Origin: Clostridia bacterium
GTDB lineage: Bacteria; Bacillota; Clostridia; TANB77; CAG-465
Direction of reading: 5' to 3'
Length of the DNA: 64,000 nt
Assembly (NCBI GenBank): GCA_030524345.1
Contig: JAUNGP010000002.1
Location: 30,514-94,513, forward strand
A program made the translations under genes and the position numbers. How positions within the stretch are numbered: the first letter of the stretch is position 1; each line of letters opens with the position of its first letter. Of this stretch, positions 28,902-39,636 are shown one piece after another. Below the pieces are notes generated by a model. That model had not been told where the DNA came from. It made no database searches and worked only from the letters and a program-made list of their open reading frames with translations.

Positions 28902-31900
28902 TTATTCAACGCTTTTCAGTGATTCTATCATATCGATTTTCTTTAGAGAAAAATGTGTAACAATATTGACAATAACAGTAAAGACAATTGTAATGAGTGC
29001 TGCAAGTACATAACTATACCAAGCCAGTTTCCTTGCAAACATAACAATATCTACTTCACAAGTTGTTATAATATATACATTTAAAAAATATCCCATTCCA
29101 AGACCTACAATAATACCTATTATGGTAAGTACTACATTTTCTCTATATACATATCTTGATACTTCGCCATCATAAAATCCTAATACTTTTATTGTGGCAA
29201 GCTCACGTATACGCTCACTGATATTTACATTGGATAAATTATACAATACAATAAATGCAAGTGCACCTGCAGATACAATCAGTACTAATACTACGGAATT
29301 CAAACTACTCATAGCATCCACATATACTTTGCTTAATCCTTCTGTATAATTAGCAGAACTTACAATATCATTTTTTAATATATCTTTTATATTTGAATCT
29401 TGTATTTCTTCGGATTCTTCTTTTGCTTTTACAATCAAATTATTATATTTTGGTTCCTCTTTATATAAGTTACGATATAACGTAGGAGACATATAAATAT
29501 AATGTATAATATAGTTTTCAGTAATATTTGCTACTCTTACTTGAACTATTTCATTATCACTATTTTTAATATTTACAGTATCACCTTTTTTAACACCTAA
29601 CATTTTAGCAATTTTTTCAGTAATGATAACACTTTCATCATCTAATATATATTCTTCTTTACTTTTTCTATCTCTAAAATGAATATACTCAGATATCATA
29701 TCTTTGTCTTTTGGAACAATTAGCATTCCATCTTTTGAAACATCATTTGCTTCAAATTTCATTGCAAGTTGAGATATTTCCATAAACTCTTCTATACCAT
29801 ATTTTTCTACTAATTCATTTTCAAATTCCTGTTTATCATCTTGACTTGCCTTATCCTTATACACAATCTGCAAATTATAATGAAATACATCCTCATATTG
29901 TAGTGGAACCATTGAAGTTACAGAATCTTTCAAACCAAATCCTGCAACAAGAAGCGCAGTACATCCACCAATACCAATAACGGTCATAAAAAACCTTTTC
30001 TTATATCTTAATATATTCCTTGCAGTAACTTTTTGACTAAAATTAAATTTGTTCCAAATAAAAGGGATTTTTTCTATGAATACTCTTTTTCCCGCCTTAG
30101 GTGCTTTCGGTCTCATAAGGATTGCCGGAACCTGTCTTAAAGCTTGAATACATGCTATAAACGTTGCAACACATGTACAAAGTACAGATAGAAGTACAGC
30201 AATTGTTGCATATCCAATATGAAAATCAGTAACCAGATCTGGCATATTATACATAATTGCATAAACATTAAAGATAATTCTTGGAAGTAAATCAAATCCA
30301 ATCATAACGCCAATGATACTTCCTACTATGCTTGCTATTCCAGCATATAAAAGATATTTACTAGCTATTTGCATTTTACTATATCCAAGTGCTTTTAAAG
30401 TACCAATTTGACTTCTTTGTTCTTCCACCATTCTTGTCATTGAAGTAAGAGATACAAGTGCTGCGACAACAAAAAATATAATTGGAAAAACTTGTGCAAT
30501 AGCTCCCACTCTATCAGCATCTTGAAAATAACTTACATAAGACTCTGTTTTCTCCCTATCTAATACATACCATTCAGGCATTTTTATTTCGGCAAGTTCT
30601 TCCTTAGCTTCATCTAATTCTTTCTGTGCTTCATCTATTTTTTCCTGTGCACTTATTTTTTCTTCTTCTAATTTTCTTTCATTTTCTTCAATCTCTACTT
30701 TTGCATCTTCTATATCTTGTTTTCCTTGTTCTATTTGAGCATAAGTAGTTTGCTTTTTGTTAGCAAATTCTGATGTATTTTTATTGAGTTCATTTTTGGC
30801 ATTTTCTAGCATAATTCTAGCATTTTCTAATTCTGACCTACTAGTATTAATCTGTTCAGTAGCATAGTTTATCTTTGCAGTTATTTCTGCAACCGTTTTA
30901 TTCAGTTGCGTCATTTTAGCAGACTCTATTGCAATCTCAGTATTTAAAGTATTTACTTCATTTTCAAGGGCACTTATACTGTTTTGAATACTCTCAGCTT
31001 CTTCTGCTGATGCATTTTCTAGCATAGCCTGATACTCTGCAATTTGAGACTGCTTCGTAATAACGGCATTCTTCTTAGCTGCTATTGTAGCATTACTTAA
31101 GCCTATCATACTATTTAAATTTTCTATGTTTTGTTTTCCCTCTATAATAGAGGCCTCAACATTACCAATTGTAGCTTCTGCTTGCACTTTAGATTCATTG
31201 TATTCATTTTCTTTTGCAAAATACTCATTCCAAGCATTATCTAATGTAACTTGGGCGTTAGCAAATTCTGCATTAGCAGTGTTTTCACTTACAAGTAACG
31301 CCTCTTCTGATTCATTGATCTGAGTCTTAGCATCTTCTATCTGTTTTTGAGCATCATTAATTTTATCTTCTGCTTCTTTTTTAGAGCTATCTAATTCTTC
31401 TTGTCCTTCTTGAATTTTTGCCTTGGCTTCATTAACTATTTCATCATATCTTACATTTTTTCTTATTTTAGCTAATTCTTCTAATTTTTCACTTTGACTA
31501 TCTCTTAGCTTTTCATATTCTTTTTCAAAGCACTTCAACTCTTTAGCATGATCCATCGTAACAAAAGCTTCAGTATAATAATCTAGGTCGATGGTATCCT
31601 CAGGTATATATACAAAAGCTGTAATTCTACCACTTCCAAGAGTCGTTGTTCCCCTATTAAAGGTCATATACATAGGAGATTCTACTGTGCCAACTATTGT
31701 ATACTCTTTTATCGTTAAGGCATCATTGATAGTATCCTCAAGTCCTGTCTCAGATATTTTTAGCTTATCGCCAATTTTTAAATTTGAAGTCTTCAAAAAA
31801 GATTCCTCAGTCACACATTCATCCTTTTTCTCTGGGAGCCTTCCATTTACCAACTCTACCTTATTAATATATGAAGCTTCTTCATTTAAAAAAGGCAATG

Positions 31901-32222
31901 TCATAACCTTAATAACAAATTCTTTCTCATTTTCCTCAACAATGCCATCAAAAGAATAAGAGGGCATTACTTGATCTACTCCATCTACTTTCTGAATGGC
32001 TTTTACATCTTCCTCTGTTATTCCAAACGTAGAAAGAAGCTTAAAATCCATAAAATCAGATTCATCCAAATAATTATCTGCAGCAATTTTCATATCAGGA
32101 CATATGGCTTTTATTCCAGCAAAAAAACCAGCTCCAAGAAGGATAATTAGCAAAATAGATATAAAACGCCTATATGTATTTTTTATTTCCATTAGCATAT
32201 CTTTAAACATTGCTTTTTTCAT
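28902..32222 (-). CDS. ABC transporter permease (FtsX-like, with long coiled coil)
   Basis: RFISI, GRLP, FPIIFFVVAALVSLTSMTRMVEEQRSQIGTLKALGY, NISERIRELATIKVLGF. Confidence 0.92.
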   Translation of the reverse strand: MKKAMFKDMLMEIKNTYRRFISILLIILLGAGFFAGIKAICPDMKIAADNYLDESDFMDFKLLSTFGITEEDVKAIQKVDGVDQVMPSYSFDGIVEENEKEFVIKVMTLPFLNEEASYINKVELVNGRLPEKKDECVTEESFLKTSNLKIGDKLKISETGLEDTINDALTIKEYTIVGTVESPMYMTFNRGTTTLGSGRITAFVYIPEDTIDLDYYTEAFVTMDHAKELKCFEKEYEKLRDSQSEKLEELAKIRKNVRYDEIVNEAKAKIQEGQEELDSSKKEAEDKINDAQKQIEDAKTQINESEEALLVSENTANAEFANAQVTLDNAWNEYFAKENEYNESKVQAEATIGNVEASIIEGKQNIENLNSMIGLSNATIAAKKNAVITKQSQIAEYQAMLENASAEEAESIQNSISALENEVNTLNTEIAIESAKMTQLNKTVAEITAKINYATEQINTSRSELENARIMLENAKNELNKNTSEFANKKQTTYAQIEQGKQDIEDAKVEIEENERKLEEEKISAQEKIDEAQKELDEAKEELAEIKMPEWYVLDREKTESYVSYFQDADRVGAIAQVFPIIFFVVAALVSLTSMTRMVEEQRSQIGTLKALGYSKMQIASKYLLYAGIASIVGSIIGVMIGFDLLPRIIFNVYAIMYNMPDLVTDFHIGYATIAVLLSVLCTCVATFIACIQALRQVPAILMRPKAPKAGKRVFIEKIPFIWNKFNFSQKVTARNILRYKKRFFMTVIGIGGCTALLVAGFGLKDSVTSMVPLQYEDVFHYNLQIVYKDKASQDDKQEFENELVEKYGIEEFMEISQLAMKFEANDVSKDGMLIVPKDKDMISEYIHFRDRKSKEEYILDDESVIITEKIAKMLGVKKGDTVNIKNSDNEIVQVRVANITENYIIHYIYMSPTLYRNLYKEEPKYNNLIVKAKEESEEIQDSNIKDILKNDIVSSANYTEGLSKVYVDAMSSLNSVVLVLIVSAGALAFIVLYNLSNVNISERIRELATIKVLGFYDGEVSRYVYRENVVLTIIGIIVGLGMGYFLNVYIITTCEVDIVMFARKLAWYSYVLAALITIVFTVIVNIVTHFSLKKIDMIESLKSVE

Positions 32223-32234
32223 ATCATTACACCT

Positions 32235-32936
32235 CTACCATTCTATGTCCTCTATTGGTGTAGGATACTCATTTTTTACAATGCTTTCCGCTCTTCCATT
32301 TCTAAAACTGATAATTTTGTCTGCCATTGGAGTAATACTTTGGTTATGAGTGATAATAATCACTGTCATATTTTCTTTTCTACAAGTATCTTGTAGTAAT
32401 TTTAATATCTGTTTACCCGTATTATAATCCAAAGCACCAGTTGGCTCATCGCAAAGTAAAAGTTTAGGATTTTTGGCAAGTGCTCTTGCAATAGCAACAC
32501 GTTGCTGTTCACCACCAGAGAGTTGAGATGGAAAATTATGAATTCTTTTACTCAACCCAACCTTTTCTAATACAGTTCTAGGATCAAGAGGTTTCTTACA
32601 AATTTGAGTTGCAAGTTCTACATTTTCAATTGCAGTTAAATTTTGGACTAAATTATAAAATTGAAATACAAATCCTATATCATCTCTTCTATAACTGATC
32701 AGTTTTTTTCCTCTATATCTACTAATATCCTTATTATCTACAAATACTTTTCCACTTGTTACACTATCCATTCCACCAAGTATGTTAAGTGCTGTTGTTT
32801 TTCCAGCACCACTTGGTCCAACAATGACAGCAAGCTCTCCTTTTTCAATATCAAAACTTGTTTTATCCAAAGCTTGTATTTTAATTTCACCCATTATATA
32901 TTCTTTTGTTACATTTTCAAATGTTATATATGACAT
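32235..32936 (-). CDS. ABC transporter ATP-binding protein (LolD/MacB-like)
   Basis: [27 protein letters not shown]; likely start 32936. Confidence 0.93.
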   Translation of the reverse strand: MSYITFENVTKEYIMGEIKIQALDKTSFDIEKGELAVIVGPSGAGKTTALNILGGMDSVTSGKVFVDNKDISRYRGKKLISYRRDDIGFVFQFYNLVQNLTAIENVELATQICKKPLDPRTVLEKVGLSKRIHNFPSQLSGGEQQRVAIARALAKNPKLLLCDEPTGALDYNTGKQILKLLQDTCRKENMTVIIITHNQSITPMADKIISFRNGRAESIVKNEYPTPIEDIEW

Positions 32937-33016
32937 ATACTCACTCCTTAGTGCAAAATAGATATTTATTAAATAATATACAATATAATGCGACATAATT
33001 CAATATTTTTGTTCAT

Positions 33017-33859
33017 TTAACACAAATTTTTCACAATTATATATCGCCTCCAAAAACTCATATAGATATCAATATCTTGGGAATGGTATTTGAGACATCT
33101 AGAAATTCTTGAATACAAAGTGATTGTTAGCATCATGTCAATTTTTTCTTTTGGTTCATTGATCATTTGGTATAATTTTTCTGGTGTTATCAATGATAAA
33201 ATAGATACATTACTAACAATAGCAAATAGTAGATCATATAGCGAGTCTCCAATGACGGGCGTAGGATCAATTATTCCAACAAGTTTTCCATCTTGCTTAA
33301 TAAAATTATGTGTTCCAAAATCTCCATGTAATAATTTTTTATCAAAGGAATATTTCTCTAGTTTGTAAATACATTTAAAAACAAGAGAATTATCTGGTAT
33401 CATCTCTGATAAATTAGAACTACTATAAATCGTCTCTTCTTCTAAAAACTTCGTCCAAGTATCAACCTCTTCATTTAAATACCCAAAACCATTTTTTTCA
33501 TATTTTTGATAACCAGAAGTTATTTCTATAATCTTTTGTAGTAAATCATCAACATTTTCAACAGATTTCATAGTTTCTCCCTCTATAAAATCATATACAA
33601 CGAATTCATAATTCAAATCAACTAATATTATTTTTTGAAATACTTCTGAATGATTTAAGGTTAAAAATTCTACTTCTGATTTTAAAACATTCTTCTCATT
33701 TTGTTTAATAAGATACTTGCCATTTAATAAAATCACTCTACTTGAAGCACCATCATGAAAATATTTATGTGATTTATAAGAAATATTAAGTTGTTTTAGT
33801 ATTTTATCTATGATTTTTCTATCTTTTTGATTTTCTATATCCACTATCATACACTCCAT
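33017..33859 (-). CDS. APH/choline kinase-like phosphotransferase
   Basis: HGDFGTHNF...GIIDP. Confidence 0.8.
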   Translation of the reverse strand: MECMIVDIENQKDRKIIDKILKQLNISYKSHKYFHDGASSRVILLNGKYLIKQNEKNVLKSEVEFLTLNHSEVFQKIILVDLNYEFVVYDFIEGETMKSVENVDDLLQKIIEITSGYQKYEKNGFGYLNEEVDTWTKFLEEETIYSSSNLSEMIPDNSLVFKCIYKLEKYSFDKKLLHGDFGTHNFIKQDGKLVGIIDPTPVIGDSLYDLLFAIVSNVSILSLITPEKLYQMINEPKEKIDMMLTITLYSRISRCLKYHSQDIDIYMSFWRRYIIVKNLC

Positions 33860-33954
33860 TATTTTTTATTATATGATTTTATCATCATAAATTCAATGAA
33901 AAGATATGATTTATAATGCAAATATTGTATAATATCATTATCAAGGAGGACGTT

Positions 33955-34416
33955 ATGAAAATATATAATATCAAAGAAAAATTAGAATTTTTAGAAGAAG
34001 TAGCAACACTTACACAGGAAGAATGGGGAAACAAATCTTATACAAAAATGCAAAAAGAAGAAAAAATAAAAAAGAAAATGGAAAAAATAAAAAATAATCT
34101 CAATAATCCTAATTATTGTAAACTCATTTTAGTAGATAATAACACACTAGTAGGCTTTGTTTCTATATTTGAACACGACTCTAGTGAAAGAGAAGATTTA
34201 ACACCTTGGTATGCAACATTATATATAAAAGAAAAATACAGAGGTATGGGACTTTCCAAAGTATTAAATGATGCTATCATAAATGAAGCACAAAAAAGAC
34301 AATTTCAAAAAATATACTTAAAAACTTATTTAGTCAATTTTTATGAAAAATATGGATTTTTATACATGGAAACCTTAAATAATGGAGAACGTCTATATGT
34401 AAAAAACCTTAAATAA
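33955..34416 (+). CDS. GNAT family N-acetyltransferase
   Basis: TPWYATLYIKEKYRGMG, FYEKYGF; GGAGG RBS. Confidence 0.88.
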   Translation: MKIYNIKEKLEFLEEVATLTQEEWGNKSYTKMQKEEKIKKKMEKIKNNLNNPNYCKLILVDNNTLVGFVSIFEHDSSEREDLTPWYATLYIKEKYRGMGLSKVLNDAIINEAQKRQFQKIYLKTYLVNFYEKYGFLYMETLNNGERLYVKNLK

Positions 34417-34467
34417 ATGAAACTTTTTTTCATCTTTTTTAAACTATATTAAAAAGGAGGAATTTCT

Positions 34468-35025
34468 ATGAAAAAGAAAACAATCATATTAGCTTTTGTT
34501 ATACTAATTATCATTGGAATTATTGCGTATATTTTATCTAATAATAAAGAAATACTCAATCATCACATAGAAGAGAAAAAAACTACTAGTATCATAAAAA
34601 ATAACATTGCACAGAATAAAGTATCTTTTGAGGATATCACAAATCTTCCAGAAGAATATACAACAGAACAAGCAGTAGAGGAGCATTTTGTCGTTATTAC
34701 TCCGAAGGAAACTTATCATAAATCTTTATATGATGATTTTATGTTAGATTTGAATGCCAAAAAGGATTGTAGCCTAAAAATAATGATGTATACAATAGAA
34801 GGTGATCCTATACTTGTAAAAGTGATATATGTTGCAGATGAAGAAAAGTTCTATGCTTGTGAGGATAACACAAGAGATAAATTCTCAAATAATGAAGATA
34901 GAAAATATCATTTTTATGAATTTGATGATTTAAGACACGATGAACTTAGTCAAAATTTTTACTTTATCAATGAGAATGATGAAGAAGTCTATCTTTTTTA
35001 TATTCCAAATGAATTGAATCCATAA
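34468..35025 (+). CDS. Membrane-anchored DUF4362-like protein
   Basis: N-terminal TM; YTIEGDPI and DNTRDKF motifs. Confidence 0.7.
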   Translation: MKKKTIILAFVILIIIGIIAYILSNNKEILNHHIEEKKTTSIIKNNIAQNKVSFEDITNLPEEYTTEQAVEEHFVVITPKETYHKSLYDDFMLDLNAKKDCSLKIMMYTIEGDPILVKVIYVADEEKFYACEDNTRDKFSNNEDRKYHFYEFDDLRHDELSQNFYFINENDEEVYLFYIPNELNP

Positions 35026-35050
35026 GGAAAGTCCTTATGGATTATTTCAT

Positions 35051-35392
35051 TTACTCTTCTACATGATTTTTTAGATGATATTCTTTTTTCAATACCTCTT
35101 GGTATTTTATTTCATTTCTTGCATAAATTTGCCTTAGTCTTTTTTTCTCTTCCTCATCTTCACACCAATATTTCAAATTTAATAGTGCTATAATTCCCAG
35201 TGCTTCTTCCTTTAAATTTTGTTTTGATATAGGCATATTAGAATCTATACGTTTCATATAACTTTTATCTTTTTCTCGTTTAAAAAACTCTCTTAGTTTC
35301 TTAGGAATCTTGTCTCTTTCTGACTCCTCTAACAATTCTAAAAAATTATCTACTTCTGCATAAGCCTGTCTTGTACTCAACGATACTTTCAT
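35051..35392 (-). CDS. Hypothetical protein
   Basis: AYAEV...KIP...LKEEA...LNLKYW; overlaps the upstream gene stop (ATGA). Confidence 0.7.
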   Translation of the reverse strand: MKVSLSTRQAYAEVDNFLELLEESERDKIPKKLREFFKREKDKSYMKRIDSNMPISKQNLKEEALGIIALLNLKYWCEDEEEKKRLRQIYARNEIKYQEVLKKEYHLKNHVEE

Positions 35393-36189
35393 TCTCTCTT
35401 GATCCCACCTTGTTGATTTAGTTCTATCTTTTCTTTTTCATATTCCACTTCAATCATATTTTCTCCCTGTTGTTGAATGATACTTTCTCTAGTTACCATT
35501 TCGGTTTCTTGAATTATTTCTGCAATAAGATCTCTTTTAGGAAGTGCCTTTAACAGTTCTTTTTTTCTTTCATCTTTTTGCTTATTCCATTCATCAGAGA
35601 ATAACACCTCCCTTGATAAAACTGCTCTCCCTAAACTATTTTTATCTTTAAACATAGGATAAAATTTTGATAATTCACTATCATTTTTTGCTTGCTCTAT
35701 CCCCATTGTCTTAACATCAAATCCTAATCTTTCAAACATATTACTAATGGGTCTTTTCATAATATTAGAAACAGCACATATCTGTTTAACATTTTCAAAC
35801 TCTTCTTTATCTTTTAATATGACTTGTATTTTTTCTAGGGCATCTATTAATGCTACCTCTGATTGATTTAACCCTTTTTTACTCAATAATGCTCTAGCAT
35901 CTTTTGGAACAACATGTATATGTATTACATTCTCATTATATCCATAAGAAATCAAATGATTCAAAGGTATAAATTCAGAATGTTCTTGTCTACTTAACAT
36001 TCTAGTGACTAATTTTTTTAAATCCTCACTAGAATGAATCGCTTTTTCTATAAGAAACGCTTTCCATTCTTCCTCTTTCATTCTATTTATTTTTTCGATA
36101 TATACCTTTACCTGATCACTATTTTGATTATTGAAAGACGTTTCCAATAATTTTATTGCTTCTTGTTTTGTAATCATATAATCCTCCAA
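35389..36189 (-). CDS. Hypothetical protein
   Basis: 266-aa ORF with GGAGG RBS; IHIHVVP motif. Confidence 0.7.
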   Translation of the reverse strand: MEDYMITKQEAIKLLETSFNNQNSDQVKVYIEKINRMKEEEWKAFLIEKAIHSSEDLKKLVTRMLSRQEHSEFIPLNHLISYGYNENVIHIHVVPKDARALLSKKGLNQSEVALIDALEKIQVILKDKEEFENVKQICAVSNIMKRPISNMFERLGFDVKTMGIEQAKNDSELSKFYPMFKDKNSLGRAVLSREVLFSDEWNKQKDERKKELLKALPKRDLIAEIIQETEMVTRESIIQQQGENMIEVEYEKEKIELNQQGGIKRE

Positions 36190-36312
36190 CCATGTCTTAT
36201 TATTTTATAACACATTATCGTACTTTCTGCAACTCATGTACTATAACATATACAAATTTCAGGTACATATACAAAAAAATATTCATATGATACTACAAAG
36301 GAGAGACATCTT

Positions 36313-37272
36313 ATGAATCCAAATATTGTTTTAGAAAAAGAAGCATATAAAGTATCTAAACAAAGTTCCATTCCGCCACTCATTTTCAAACTTCCAGTAT
36401 CACAAGGAAGAAATATACTAGAAACTGTTCAAAGTACTCACATTGACATGTGTCCAGCCCACATTAAAATAAGTTCAATTAATACATATTGTCATGGATA
36501 CATTAATGTATATATAGTACTTCCTACATATCATATGCCCATTAGAAGTATTATCTTTTATATACATGGTGCCGGTTGGGTATTTGGCAGTTTTCATACA
36601 CACGAAAAATTAGTAAGAGAACTTGCTTACAGAACAAATTCTGTTGTCATATTTCCAGAGTATACTCGTTCACCAGAAGTTAAATTTCCTGTAGCAATAG
36701 AAGAATGCTATTCCATATTAAGACAAATACCAAATATCCTACAATGTAACCATATCATTGCAAATCTAAATACATTAACAGTAGCAGGAGATAGTGTAGG
36801 AGGAAATATGGCAATTGCAATGACGCTTCTCTCAAAATTTAATCATGGGCCTAAAATTCATAAACAATTACTATATTATCCTGTAACTGATGATGACTTC
36901 AACACCAACTCATATCTTGAATTTGCAACAGATTACTATTTATATCGTGATGGTATGAAGTGGTTTTGGAATCAATATAAACCAGATTTAGTAAAAGGAG
37001 AATCTATACTAGCAACACCATTAAAAGCCGATGTCACTCAACTAACAAATCTTCCTGATGCAATTATTTTAAATGGTGAAGCAGATGTATTAAGAGATGA
37101 AGGAAAATCGTATGCCAATAAATTAAGATTGGCAGGTAATAATGTTACTGCAGTACAATTCCAAGGAATGATTCACGATTTTGTTATGCTAAATAGTCTA
37201 GATCAAACGAATGCATGCAGAGCGGCAATGAATCTCTCAACTTCCTGGATTAATTGCAAAAATCAAAGTTAA
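36313..37272 (+). CDS. Alpha/beta hydrolase, HSL/GDXG esterase family
   Basis: HGAGW, GDSVGG, DVLRDEG, HDF. Confidence 0.92.
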   Translation: MNPNIVLEKEAYKVSKQSSIPPLIFKLPVSQGRNILETVQSTHIDMCPAHIKISSINTYCHGYINVYIVLPTYHMPIRSIIFYIHGAGWVFGSFHTHEKLVRELAYRTNSVVIFPEYTRSPEVKFPVAIEECYSILRQIPNILQCNHIIANLNTLTVAGDSVGGNMAIAMTLLSKFNHGPKIHKQLLYYPVTDDDFNTNSYLEFATDYYLYRDGMKWFWNQYKPDLVKGESILATPLKADVTQLTNLPDAIILNGEADVLRDEGKSYANKLRLAGNNVTAVQFQGMIHDFVMLNSLDQTNACRAAMNLSTSWINCKNQS

Positions 37273-37490
37273 AGAAAATATAACTCTAAAAAATATATTT
37301 TCGGAGCTATTCCGCTTTACAAATTATGTATACTGTGATATAATCCATGTGTATTATTTTTTGTACTTGAGACATAATTGTAGCCTGAAAACTTGCACAA
37401 AACAATGTGCAGCACATGAAAGAAAGGAGAATGATTAAGCTCAATAAAAATGTAAGAACTCGTCAAACTATAACAACAAGGAGAGCAAAC

Positions 37491-37706
37491 ATGAGAACGA
37501 GAATGTATTATTCCAAAAATTCAAAATTCAAAAAAATAACTGATGTATTAGCAGTCATTGCTTTGGTAGTACTTTTGTTTACTTACGATTTTGATTTTAA
37601 ACTTTTGATTTTGGAAACGGGCATCATTCTTTTGCTGACATTTTTTATGATCGGAATTGGTCTCATTGCCACCAGATTCATGAAAGATGATTCAAAAACT
37701 AAATAA
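37491..37706 (+). CDS. Small two-TM hypothetical protein
   Basis: AGGAG RBS before ATG 37491 (start uncertain); own promoter ~37316-37344; terminator 37713-37743. Confidence 0.6.
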   Translation: MRTRMYYSKNSKFKKITDVLAVIALVVLLFTYDFDFKLLILETGIILLLTFFMIGIGLIATRFMKDDSKTK

Positions 37707-37753
37707 TGTTATAATGCACCTAAAATCAACTTTTAGGTGCATTACCCTTGATA

Positions 37754-38449
37754 CTATTCTTCATATTTTATATGTTTTTTTAGCTTATTTTGGACTTTTG
37801 TTTCGATCCTTGATACATAGGAACGAGATATTCCAAGCTCATCTGCTATCTGTTGCTGTGTCTTTTGACTATTTCCATCAATTCCATATCTAAGCTGCAT
37901 AATATATTTTTCTCTTTTTGGCAGTTTATTATTGATATAATCTATCACCTGCTTACTAATAACTGTATTATATATGGTATCAATAGCATCTTTAGAATTA
38001 GAGTCTAGTGTCTCCATAAGTTCCATATCATTTCCATCTTTATCTGTCCCAATAATGGTATTCATAGATACCTCTGCTTTTTGCTTTTTTGTTGCTCGTA
38101 TATACATCAGTATCTCATTATCTACACATTTACTTGCATAAGTGCTAATTTTATAACCTTTATCAGAACTAAAACTATTGATTGCCTTTATCAATCCTAT
38201 TGTTCCTATTGATATTAAATCCTCCAACTCCTGTTCATCAGATGTATATTTTTTGGCAATATGTGCTACTAGCCTTAAATTATGTTCGATTAATTTATCT
38301 TTTGCCTCTTTATTTCCTTCAAAATATCTCCTTAAATAATATTCCTCTTCCGTCTTACTCAAAGGTTCTGGAAACAGATTATTATTTGAAATATATCCAA
38401 AGAGTAAATAAATATGTGATAATATATTTTGTATAAAATGAAGAAACAT
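37754..38449 (-). CDS. sigK: Sporulation sigma factor pro-SigK
   Basis: Hydrophobic pro-peptide, FPEPLS, LIEHNLRLVAHIAKKY, DLISIGTIGLIKAI, NEILM, LGISRSYVSRIE; not interrupted by a skin element. Confidence 0.92.
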   Translation of the reverse strand: MFLHFIQNILSHIYLLFGYISNNNLFPEPLSKTEEEYYLRRYFEGNKEAKDKLIEHNLRLVAHIAKKYTSDEQELEDLISIGTIGLIKAINSFSSDKGYKISTYASKCVDNEILMYIRATKKQKAEVSMNTIIGTDKDGNDMELMETLDSNSKDAIDTIYNTVISKQVIDYINNKLPKREKYIMQLRYGIDGNSQKTQQQIADELGISRSYVSRIETKVQNKLKKHIKYEE

Positions 38450-38769
38450 AAACCTACCTCCAAACTACATTTGTTATATGTTTATGTTTCTCTCCTCTAT
38501 TATTGCATGTCAATCTTGTACAAAATAAATTATTCTTGAGCCAATTGATTCACACTCGCACTAGTTCCGTACCTAACGTATTTGTAGAAATATACTCTAT
38601 TTCTAAATAGAGTATGTTTTTACAATCTCATAAATTCTATTTTTTACAAAAATATACGCCATCTTTCTATTTATTCTAATAAACTTACATTCTACTTTAT
38701 ATCCAAAAACACTAGCTGACTACCTCCTCTAAAAAAGGACACGCCAACCAATACAAGAATTTCTTTTAC

Positions 38770-39312
38770 CTATTCATAATCAATGCCCTCGGGAACAATT
38801 TCAACTTCTGAAACATTGATTGCTTCCTCACTATTCAATTCAATAATGATATTTTTAGTAGTCATAACAGCGTTTCCCATTTCTGGTGCTACTCTTTTAA
38901 TGAATACATTTATTTTATTAGCTTGCATATCTTTATTAACCCCTATAACTTCATCTAATATACCACCAGAATTTTCTTGAACCCTTAAAATGATTAACGA
39001 TTTCGTAGAGAAATACTCATCATCATATTTTCTTAATGTATCCAAAAGTCCCTCTTCAGTTATACTACTACAATATTTTTGCAAATCATCTGAACTGATA
39101 ATCATAGTATTGCTATCATTTACCAATTCATATGTATCAACACTATATGATTCATATTGTATCTCTTTAAATCTATTATTACCACTACTAGAATTGATAT
39201 CATTATTGATACTATTATTCTTGCTTTCAAAAGGTTTCAATACAAATATTAGTATCACTGCTATTATAACAATGATGAGCAATGCTATCACTATTTTCAA
39301 TTTATCTTTCAT
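38770..39312 (-). CDS. Membrane-anchored hypothetical protein
   Basis: N-terminal TM; KYDDEYF...ENSGG; GGAGG RBS. Confidence 0.7.
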   Translation of the reverse strand: MKDKLKIVIALLIIVIIAVILIFVLKPFESKNNSINNDINSSSGNNRFKEIQYESYSVDTYELVNDSNTMIISSDDLQKYCSSITEEGLLDTLRKYDDEYFSTKSLIILRVQENSGGILDEVIGVNKDMQANKINVFIKRVAPEMGNAVMTTKNIIIELNSEEAINVSEVEIVPEGIDYE

Positions 39313-39404
39313 ATATAATCCTCCTAATTATATATATATCATAAATGAAAAGAAAAGTCTAGACAAAAGAAAAATGCTGCATAAAAATACAGCATTTTCT
39401 ACCA

Positions 39405-39620
39405 TTATTCAGACCACATATCCTTCATTAATGTTTCAATTTCTTGTTTTCTTCTTTCAGTTTCTTCATGATCTATGGTAATTCTATCCTCCTCAATGAC
39501 TAATACATCACCTTCACAAACATCAGCAGGAAGCTTATCTTTTTCTATATTTATCATAGTCTTGTCTTCACATTCGCAAACTGCAAATATATCTTCAAAT
39601 CTATCTACAACTACTGTCAT
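39405..39620 (-). CDS. DUF3006 family protein
   Basis: VVDRFEDIFAVCE...LP...EGDVL; usual partner of ComEC-like MBL. Confidence 0.88.
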   Translation of the reverse strand: MTVVVDRFEDIFAVCECEDKTMINIEKDKLPADVCEGDVLVIEEDRITIDHEETERRKQEIETLMKDMWSE

Positions 39621-39636
39621 GACATTTCCTCCTTAT

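Noticed and set aside
37754-38449. skin-like excision element in sigK
   Set aside because: sigK is continuous with its pro-sequence; no recombinase nearby
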